Part shown: positions 57,043 to 64,000 of the stretch, in pieces
Layout: each line of letters starts with the position of its first letter
How positions within the stretch are numbered: the stretch's first letter is position 1
Made by a program: the position numbers and the translations under genes
Notes under the pieces: model-generated
The model's database searches: none
Told to the model about the DNA's origin: nothing
The model's input: the letters and a program-made list of their open reading frames with translations, nothing else
NCBI GenBank assembly: GCA_934167875.1
Contig: CAKPMC010000001.1
Span: forward strand, 13,634 to 77,633
DNA length: 64,000 nucleotides
Direction of reading: 5' to 3'
From: an uncultured Bacilli bacterium
Lineage (GTDB): Bacteria > Bacillota_I > Bacilli_A > RF39 > UBA660

Positions 57043-57876
57043 TTAATGGTTTTCTAGATAATTAGCCATATTTTTAGCCCAAAGTGGATAATAAAATCCC
57101 TTAGGGTGAACACCATCTGTAGAAAATGGATTTGCATTATATTCTAGATAAACACTGTTTTCTAAAAAAGGAATACCTTCACTATCAGCAAGTTCTTTAA
57201 GTCTTGTATTAAATAATTGTTGATATGAAAAAGCATTATTACGTTTAATTGCATCTTCACTAACCGGAAGTATTGAATTAATAATTATTTGTGTATTAGG
57301 TAAAACACTTTTTATATAACTGAGTGTATTTTTAAAATGATTAATAAATGGATCAACTCTACCAACCCAAAGTTCTAAATCATTAGAACCATATGTTAAA
57401 AATAAATAATTAGGTTGTAGTGCTATTATTTTAGGCATATCAGTTTTCATATTATCAATTCGCCTACCCCTATACCAAACAACATTGCTATCTGGTAATA
57501 CCCCATAAGCAACTAATCCCTCTGCCATAGAATCTCCTGCTACTACCGCTTTCTTTTCTTCAAAAATTCGAGTTATTTCTGTTTTTGATACTGATGGTAC
57601 TGGTTTAGGCGAAGAAGTTGGTTTAGGTTTAGATGATGGACTAGGACTTGGTGATGGAGTAACACTTGGTGTTGGACTTGGAGTTGTTGTAGGTATTGGA
57701 GTTGGAGTAACACTAGGTATTGGTGTTTGACTAGGAACAGGTGTAGTATCATTAGATTTATTGCTATGAGAATTTAAAGGTAATATTAACAGTACCATAA
57801 TTATAATTAAAATTAGACAAACAGCTGAAATTCCTACTATTAAATACAAGTTTTTTTTATTAGATAAATTTTTCAT
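57043..57876 (-). CDS. Membrane-anchored SGNH/GDSL-family hydrolase (esterase/acyltransferase-like)
   Basis: An N-terminal TM is followed by a Pro/Thr/Ser-rich linker and the GDSMAEG block I motif. GGAGATGGTGAGA precedes the ATG (MKNLSNKK) at 57876. Confidence 0.7.
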   Translation of the reverse strand: MKNLSNKKNLYLIVGISAVCLILIIIMVLLILPLNSHSNKSNDTTPVPSQTPIPSVTPTPIPTTTPSPTPSVTPSPSPSPSSKPKPTSSPKPVPSVSKTEITRIFEEKKAVVAGDSMAEGLVAYGVLPDSNVVWYRGRRIDNMKTDMPKIIALQPNYLFLTYGSNDLELWVGRVDPFINHFKNTLSYIKSVLPNTQIIINSILPVSEDAIKRNNAFSYQQLFNTRLKELADSEGIPFLENSVYLEYNANPFSTDGVHPKGFYYPLWAKNMANYLENH

Positions 57877-57964
57877 GTATCTCACCATCTCCAGTATATT
57901 CCATTTTAATAGAAAAATAGAAGAATATTTATTAAACATTCTCCTATTTGACATCAATTTACTA

Positions 57965-58429
57965 TTATTTTAAGTTTAAGAAATTATCACGAATAGTTGA
58001 AGCATATTCATTATCCATTATTAAGATAACTAAATCCCCTTTGCTTTCAACAAAAACATTTTTCTCATCTACACCAACACATATCCATTTTCTAGGATCA
58101 ATTTTCTCTTTTATTTCTTTCTTAATGTTATCAACATCTTTAATACTATTAGCTCTAACTAATACAACTGAGTGAGCAACAGAAGACATAAGTGGCTCAG
58201 ATGCTAAAGCTTCTTTATAAGTAATATCACCACTTCCTAAATAATACTCTTGATTATCTTTATTTACTTTTTCATTTATTAACTCTGGTAATTCATCTTC
58301 AGGAATATTTTTATAAACTTCTTTCATAATATCACTTAGTGAGCCAGAAATATTCTCATTCTGTTTTTGACATCCTGCAAAACATAAAACTAAACTTAAT
58401 ACTAATAATCCATAACCTATTTTTTTCAT
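57965..58429 (-). CDS. Lipoprotein (signal peptide with lipobox LCFAGC)
   Basis: MKKIGYGLLVLSLVLCFAGCQ is present. AAAGGAGAAA precedes the ATG. Confidence 0.6.
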   Translation of the reverse strand: MKKIGYGLLVLSLVLCFAGCQKQNENISGSLSDIMKEVYKNIPEDELPELINEKVNKDNQEYYLGSGDITYKEALASEPLMSSVAHSVVLVRANSIKDVDNIKKEIKEKIDPRKWICVGVDEKNVFVESKGDLVILIMDNEYASTIRDNFLNLK

Positions 58430-58455
58430 CTAAATTTCTCCTTTTATTTTATTAT

Positions 58456-59550
58456 TTATTTTAAAGTAAAACTGTTATTAATAATTGGTACACTATATAA
58501 AAATAGAATATCATCTGCTGTATCAAATGAAACTTCATCAATATTACCAAGTAATTTACTATTAATATAACGTAAATCAATAAGTGTTATCTTACTATAA
58601 TTATCAATTAATAATGGTGAAATACTACTTCCAAAAGAATCTCTAAATATAATTAATTCTCTATCATTACTACAATTATCATTATTAATAACTAATAACG
58701 GTGTAGCACCAGATAAATAAACATCATAACTATCTACATTCTTTAAATATTCTTCTGTATACACTTTTTGAGTTATCTTTTTCTCATAATTATAAACTGT
58801 AGCTTTATTGATATTATCACTAGTTAAATAAACTAACGTGTCAGCTGGTACTGCTGATGAAATTCTTCCATATAAAGCTCCATAAAATGAATTATATTCA
58901 TGTCTACTACTAGGAAATATAGTATTACCTAAATTCATTTCATTTTGTAGTTTTCTTACTACCGGTTCTAATTTATCCTGTTTCCAGTGAATATCAGTAC
59001 GATAATATGAATCTAAACTTAAAGTATCTTTTAAATCAATAAATTTAATATTATTAGATAAATTTTCTTTTAATAAATTTTCTAACTTGTCATAATCAAT
59101 TTTTGGTACTGAACTATCATCCAAATAATAATTTTTATCTGGTATCATTCCAAAATAAATATTCTGGTTAGTCAAATATTCATTATTAATGTAATTAACT
59201 CTATCTGTTAAATGATTAACTGATTTTGTATTTAGAACAGTATCTAATTGAAATAAGTAATTATTTTGAACAAACACCTGATGCTCTATTTTTTTATTAA
59301 ATAGTTTAACTGACGCAATTCCTTTTACCTTCCTAAACCAGTCTCTAAATGGAAACTGATCTAAGAAATAATCATCTAAATCATCAAAGAAAGTACTATC
59401 TTCATCAAGTACTGTGTTCCAATCAGTTGGTAATTTAGCTAGTTTTCTTCTTTCTTGATAAGATATATCTTTATCTTTAATAAATATTCCAAGTATCATA
59501 AATAGTATTAAACAAATTATAAATGAAAATGTAATTATTTTATCTTTCAT
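58456..59550 (-). CDS. DltD/AlgJ/DHHW-like membrane-anchored protein partnered with the MBOAT
   Basis: An N-terminal TM plus RTDIHW and IFRDSFGSS blocks are reminiscent of DltD/AlgJ-type SGNH-like acyl-transfer partners. AGGGGGG precedes the ATG. Confidence 0.55.
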   Translation of the reverse strand: MKDKIITFSFIICLILFMILGIFIKDKDISYQERRKLAKLPTDWNTVLDEDSTFFDDLDDYFLDQFPFRDWFRKVKGIASVKLFNKKIEHQVFVQNNYLFQLDTVLNTKSVNHLTDRVNYINNEYLTNQNIYFGMIPDKNYYLDDSSVPKIDYDKLENLLKENLSNNIKFIDLKDTLSLDSYYRTDIHWKQDKLEPVVRKLQNEMNLGNTIFPSSRHEYNSFYGALYGRISSAVPADTLVYLTSDNINKATVYNYEKKITQKVYTEEYLKNVDSYDVYLSGATPLLVINNDNCSNDRELIIFRDSFGSSISPLLIDNYSKITLIDLRYINSKLLGNIDEVSFDTADDILFLYSVPIINNSFTLK

Positions 59551-59559
59551 ATTACCCCC

Positions 59560-60960
59560 CTAAAAGCGAAAATATAAGAATGGATTAAAAGATTCATCAA
59601 CAATAAATGCTGTACATAATAGTAATAATCCAATATAAATAACTGGTTCAATTACTGATATTATAGTATTACCAATCTTATATTTTTTTATTCTTAACAC
59701 CAAGTATTTACATAAAGGAGTTGAAAACAAAATACTAATTATTAATATAACGATATAATTTTTTAAATAATACATTGTTTCAATATTAGTAAATTTTAAA
59801 TTATTAAATCCAAACATTGAACTTATAAAGGTTCCTATTCCTGATAAAGTAGTCTGATTAAAAATAACGAAACTAATAACAGCTAATAAATCAGTCCAAA
59901 TAATACCTAATACTTTATGTTTATTAAAAAACTTATATAAAAACATCTTTTCTAGTATTAGAAAAACAGCGAAATAAACACCCCATAATACAAAATTCCA
60001 ACTAGCTCCATGCCAAAGTCCTGTTACCATCCAAACTATAAATATATTTAAGTATCTTCTAAAAGTTCCTACTCTGCTTCCCCCAAGTGGAATATAAATA
60101 TAATCTTTAAACCAACTTGATAAAGATATATGCCAACGATGCCAAAACTCTGTAACACTACTAGCTATAAAAGGATAGTTAAAGTTTTCCAAGAAATGAA
60201 AACCAAACATAAGTCCTAAACCAATAGCCATATCACTATATCCTGAAAAATCTAAATATATCTGTAAAGTATCAGCTATTGCTTTTAACCAATAAGCTAA
60301 AATACTTTTAGTTTGCATTGAAAATAATATACTTGAAAATTCACCTAATACATTAGCAAGTAATACTTTTTTAGAAAGTCCAAAGATAAATCTTCTAACT
60401 CCATTACTAAAATTAGCATAACTAGTCTTACGATTTTCCATCTCTTCTGCTACTGTTTCATAACGAACTATTGGTCCCGCAATTAATTGTGGAAAAAGTG
60501 ATAAGTAAGTAGCAAAATCTAAAACACTTTTGGCACTTGTTACCTTACCTCTATATATATCGATAACATAACTGCTAGCCTGAAAAGTAAAGAAACTAAT
60601 ACCAATTGGCATAACTATACTAAGAGGATTAATATTAGTTGCAAAAATATTATTGATATTATCTATAAAGAAATTAAAGTATTTAAAATAAAATAATAAT
60701 CCAAAATTAATAACTATACTACTTATAAAAACCGTTTTCTTAATATTTTTATTAGTTAACTTTTCTATTAACCTTCCACTATAATAGTTAAAAATAATAG
60801 AAAATATTAATACTAAAATATATCTAGGTTCTCCATAAAAATAGAAAAACAAACTACCAATTAATAAAACCAAATTTCTAAGTTTTTGTGGGGCTAAAAA
60901 ATAGAAAATTAATATAATTGGTAAAAAATAATATAAAAATGAAACACTAGAAAAAACCAT
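59560..60960 (-). CDS. MBOAT family membrane O-acyltransferase (DltB/AlgI/PatA-like)
   Basis: At 466 aa it is polytopic, with the conserved His region (WHRWHISLSSWFKDYIYIPLGG) and WHGASWNF. AAGGAGA precedes the ATG. Confidence 0.85.
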   Translation of the reverse strand: MVFSSVSFLYYFLPIILIFYFLAPQKLRNLVLLIGSLFFYFYGEPRYILVLIFSIIFNYYSGRLIEKLTNKNIKKTVFISSIVINFGLLFYFKYFNFFIDNINNIFATNINPLSIVMPIGISFFTFQASSYVIDIYRGKVTSAKSVLDFATYLSLFPQLIAGPIVRYETVAEEMENRKTSYANFSNGVRRFIFGLSKKVLLANVLGEFSSILFSMQTKSILAYWLKAIADTLQIYLDFSGYSDMAIGLGLMFGFHFLENFNYPFIASSVTEFWHRWHISLSSWFKDYIYIPLGGSRVGTFRRYLNIFIVWMVTGLWHGASWNFVLWGVYFAVFLILEKMFLYKFFNKHKVLGIIWTDLLAVISFVIFNQTTLSGIGTFISSMFGFNNLKFTNIETMYYLKNYIVILIISILFSTPLCKYLVLRIKKYKIGNTIISVIEPVIYIGLLLLCTAFIVDESFNPFLYFRF

Positions 60961-61015
60961 ATATATCTCCTTATTATATCTATTTCTTAATTAGTATATC
61001 ATATTTTATAAATAA

Positions 61016-61050
61016 AGGTAAGACTACTTACTAGCCTTACCAATATAAAT
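61016..61050 (-). terminator. Putative terminator after phosphoketolase
   Basis: On the minus strand a hairpin GGUAAG...CUUACC is followed by UUUAUUUAU. The inner stem is imperfect. Confidence 0.35.
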
Positions 61051-63443
61051 TATATTAAATTATTTGTGTTAGTTGCCTTTTCCCAAGTCCAATTTTTGAC
61101 ATCAGGCATATCATCACCATATTCATCAATATATTCTTTATGTTCAATTAATTTATCCTTACACCATTGGTTAAGAATAGCGCTTCTATTACCAAGTTGA
61201 GGTAAATATTTTAAAGCATCCATTACTAAATGATAACGATCAAGTTCGTTTTGAACACGCATATCAAATGGTGTCGTAATAGTTCCTTCTTCTTTATAAC
61301 CATGAACATGTAATTCTTTGTTAGTACGTTTATATGTAAGTTGATGTATTAATGAAGCATAACCATGGAAAGCAAATATAATAGGTTTATCTTTAGTAAA
61401 TAGTAAATCATAATCTTCATCTTTTAAACCATGTGGATGTTCCAAATTAGATTGTAGTCTCATTAAGTCAACTACATTAACTACTCTAATTTTTAACTCT
61501 GGAAAACTATTACGAAGTATTGATACTGCTGCTAGTGTTTCAAGAGTTGGAGTATCACCACAACATGCCATTACGATATCTGTTTCACTATTTTGATCAT
61601 TACTTGCCCAGTCCCAAATACCAATTCCTTGTGTACAATGTTTAACTGCTTGTTCCATTGTTAACCACTGAGGTCTAGGATGTTTGCTAGCTACTATTAC
61701 GTTTATATAATTTTTAGTTTTAATACAGTGATCAAAGCATGATAATAAACAGTTTGCATCTGGCGGTAAGTACATTCTAACTATATCAGCTTTTTTTGTT
61801 ACTAAATGTGATAAAAAACCTGGATCTTGGTGTGTATAACCATTATGGTCTTGCTGCCAAATATGACTAGATAAAATATAATTAAGTGAAGCTATTGGTC
61901 TACGCCAAGGAAGTTCACTAGTAACTTTTAACCATTTTGCATGTTGACTAGCCATTGAATCAATTATTCTAGCAAATGCTTCATAAGTATGGAAAAAACC
62001 ATGTCTACCTGTTAACAAATATCCTTCTAACCATCCTTCACAAGCATGCTCTGATAAATAAGAATCAAGTACTCTTCCTTCATTAGCTAAAAATTCATCA
62101 CTATTATAAGTGGTAGCGTTAAATTGACGATTAGTTTTCTCAAAAATATAATTAAGACGATTAGATAAAGCTTCATCAGGTCCAAATATTCTAAAGTTCT
62201 TCTTATCTTCATTAAGTGCTACTACATCACGAATATATCTTCCTAGTTCTTTCATATCTTGTGCCATTACTTCACCTGGCATTGTAACATCAACACCATA
62301 TTCTCTAAAATCAGGTGTACGTAATTCTTCAAGCAACATTCCACCATTAGCATGAGGATTAGAACCCATTCTTCTATTTCCAGTTGGAGTTAGTGCTTTT
62401 AGCTCAGGTAGTAAAGTACCATTTTCATCAAATAATTCTTCTGGATGATAACTTCTTAACCAATTTTCTAATAATACTACATTTTCAGGAGAATTTTCAG
62501 AAATAACGATAGGAACTTGATGTGACCTAAAAGAATTTTCTACTGGTTTACCATCTACCTCTTTAGGTCCTGTCCAACCTTTTGGTGTTTTTAAAATAAT
62601 CATAGGCCAAATAGGTCTAGTAGTAATACCATTAGTTCTAGCATCAGTTTGTATCTTTTTAATTCTCTCAACAACTCTATCTAAAGTATAAGCCATTTTT
62701 TGATGCATAATTTTTGGATCATTTCCACTAACTATGATAGGATCATATCCACATCCCTTAAAGAAATCTATTAATTCTTCCTCACTAATTCTCGCAAAAA
62801 TAGTAGGATTAGCTATTTTATAACCATTTAAATGTAAAATAGGAATTATAGCTCCATCTGTTTTTGGATTTAAAAATTTATTATAATGCCAACTAGTAGC
62901 AAGTGGTCCAGTTTCAGCTTCGCCATCACCTACTACACAAGTAGCTATTAAATTAGGATTATCTAAAACAGCCCCAAAAGCATGTGCTAAACTATATCCT
63001 AATTCTCCACCCTCATGAATAGAACCAGGTGTTTCAGGTGCCACATGGCTAGATACCCCTCCTGGAAAAGAAAACTGTTTAAATAGTTTTTGCATTCCCT
63101 CAATATCTTCAGTAATATTAGGATAAACTTCACTATAACTACCTTCCAAATAAGTATTAGCTATCATAAAGTTACCACCATGTCCTGGTCCTGATAAATA
63201 AATCATATCTAAATCATACTTTTTAATAATACGATTCAAATGTGTATAAATAAAATTTTGTCCTGGCACAGTTCCCCAATGACCAACAATATTCTTTTTA
63301 ATATCACTAAACTTTAGTGGTTCTCTTAAAAGCGGATTACTTCTTAAATATAATTGTCCAACTGATAAATAATTAGCTGCTCTAAAATACCTATCAATAT
63401 TTTTTAATTCTATATCAGATAATACATTTTGATATTCTTCCAT
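61050..63443 (-). CDS. xfp: Xylulose-5-phosphate/fructose-6-phosphate phosphoketolase
   Basis: At 797 aa it has the thiamine-diphosphate-binding region ([11 protein letters not shown]...GPGHGG) and the typical Xfp length. AAAGGAGAA precedes the ATG. Confidence 0.93.
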   Translation of the reverse strand: MEEYQNVLSDIELKNIDRYFRAANYLSVGQLYLRSNPLLREPLKFSDIKKNIVGHWGTVPGQNFIYTHLNRIIKKYDLDMIYLSGPGHGGNFMIANTYLEGSYSEVYPNITEDIEGMQKLFKQFSFPGGVSSHVAPETPGSIHEGGELGYSLAHAFGAVLDNPNLIATCVVGDGEAETGPLATSWHYNKFLNPKTDGAIIPILHLNGYKIANPTIFARISEEELIDFFKGCGYDPIIVSGNDPKIMHQKMAYTLDRVVERIKKIQTDARTNGITTRPIWPMIILKTPKGWTGPKEVDGKPVENSFRSHQVPIVISENSPENVVLLENWLRSYHPEELFDENGTLLPELKALTPTGNRRMGSNPHANGGMLLEELRTPDFREYGVDVTMPGEVMAQDMKELGRYIRDVVALNEDKKNFRIFGPDEALSNRLNYIFEKTNRQFNATTYNSDEFLANEGRVLDSYLSEHACEGWLEGYLLTGRHGFFHTYEAFARIIDSMASQHAKWLKVTSELPWRRPIASLNYILSSHIWQQDHNGYTHQDPGFLSHLVTKKADIVRMYLPPDANCLLSCFDHCIKTKNYINVIVASKHPRPQWLTMEQAVKHCTQGIGIWDWASNDQNSETDIVMACCGDTPTLETLAAVSILRNSFPELKIRVVNVVDLMRLQSNLEHPHGLKDEDYDLLFTKDKPIIFAFHGYASLIHQLTYKRTNKELHVHGYKEEGTITTPFDMRVQNELDRYHLVMDALKYLPQLGNRSAILNQWCKDKLIEHKEYIDEYGDDMPDVKNWTWEKATNTNNLI

Positions 63444-63540
63444 TTCTATTCTCCTTTACTATAAACATTATATAATAAATATTATAAAAGCTCAATTATA
63501 AGCACATAAGTTTACAGAACAAAAAAATAAAAATTAAAAT

Positions 63541-63640
63541 TTTTATTCGTCTTGGTAGTTGCCTTCCAAGCTTCCTACTTCATAGATAGAGTACCCTCTA
63601 TTCTCCATAGGCTTAAATTCCGATAGTCGCTACCGTACTC
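63541..63640 (-). other. GC-enriched structured segment in the phosphoketolase 5-prime leader (candidate cis-regulatory RNA or riboswitch)
   Basis: The minus-strand RNA GAGUACGGUAGCGACUAUCGGAAUUUAAGCCUAUGGAGAAUAGAGGGUACUC is closed by a 6-bp helix. It is followed by the CUUGG...CCAAG hairpin and an A/U hairpin plus U-run. GC content is far above the flanking intergenic DNA. Confidence 0.3.
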
Positions 63641-63737
63641 ATATTTTTATTTATTTGTATTTTAGTTTCTTAATTTTGATGATGTAATCTTGATTCTATT
63701 TAGACTTTTTTAAAAATAATTCAAACGCACTTTCCTT

Positions 63738-63770
63738 ATATATAAAAAGAAGTTCAATAAAGAACTTCTT
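63738..63770 (-). terminator. Rho-independent terminator after the window-edge Asn-rich ORF
   Basis: On the minus strand a hairpin AAGAAGUUC-uuuauu-GAACUUCUU is followed by UUUAUAUAU. Confidence 0.55.
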
Positions 63771-63775
63771 AATAA

Positions 63776-63973
63776 TTAAAATTTATTACTTGGATTATAA
63801 CTACCATCATAATTTGAAATATTTTGATTATTTGTTTCTTGATTATTATAGTAATCAGTAGTTAAATTACCTGATAATCTGTTTATAGAAAAATCTAAAT
63901 AATAATTTGTAGGATCGTTTGCATCAATAATTAAATCAATCATTCTATTATTATTAGCTTCCTCAGCATACAT
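63776..63973 (-). CDS. Asn/Tyr-rich low-complexity ORF, probably the 3-prime part of a longer gene that continues past the window end
   Basis: The reading frame stays open upstream of the listed ATG to the window edge, and the RBS is weak. Confidence 0.3.
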   Translation of the reverse strand: MYAEEANNNRMIDLIIDANDPTNYYLDFSINRLSGNLTTDYYNNQETNNQNISNYDGSYNPSNKF

Positions 63974-64000
63974 ATTATTACCACGTAAAACAACAGTATT

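Noticed and set aside
57948-58175. 75-aa plus-strand ORF
   Set aside because: It is antisense to the lipoprotein gene at 57965-58429.
1-64000. CRISPR arrays, tRNA/rRNA genes and insertion sequences with inverted repeats
   Set aside because: No regularly spaced direct repeats, no GC-rich tRNA-like 75-nt blocks and no IS-type terminal inverted repeats were seen on visual inspection. The only mobile-element-like gene is the Rpn-like nuclease.

Overview
This 64 kb window is very AT-rich chromosomal DNA from a low-GC Gram-positive bacterium (Bacillota/Firmicutes) that uses the standard genetic code. There are long in-frame ORFs with no internal UGA, and Trp is encoded by TGG. About 60 genes are packed almost entirely on the minus strand; gpsA is the only convincing plus-strand gene. 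Most genes have strong GGAGG-type ribosome-binding sites. The backbone is housekeeping genes in Bacillus-like order: rpsO (partial), ileS, divIVA, sepF, radC-mreC-mreD, proS, htpG, valS, lon, tig, greA, a dGTPase, an ABC-F ATPase, a P-type ATPase, feoAB, gpsA, a YnbB-like PLP enzyme, an SDR reductase and phosphoketolase. Two T-box leaders read directly from the sequence (the T-box motif translates as LRWYR in the six-frame track) control ileS and valS. Each leader has an extra gene inserted between it and the synthetase. Sporulation-type genes are present: a spoIVFA/spoIVFB-like M23/M50 pair, and spoVID-ysxE-like genes. Accessory content includes a compact type VIIb secretion locus with essC, esaB/yukD, two WXG100 proteins and several small helical proteins that sit behind their own sigma-A-like promoter. 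Next to it are a DUF4176 protein carrying about nine tandem FDENG repeats, three dispersed paralogous secreted proteins with a SipW/TasA-like N-terminal signal motif, two tandem paralogous small proteins beside a secreted lytic-transglycosylase-like protein, a pair of overlapping genes built from three copies of an unknown 150-aa domain, an Rpn/YhgA-like PD-(D/E)XK nuclease gene followed by a 100-bp duplicated fragment of itself, and an MBOAT/DHHW-like/lipoprotein/SGNH O-acylation cluster. No rRNA, tRNA or CRISPR array was seen. One GC-rich structured segment upstream of phosphoketolase may be a cis-regulatory RNA. All family assignments rest on motif recognition by eye; no database search was possible.
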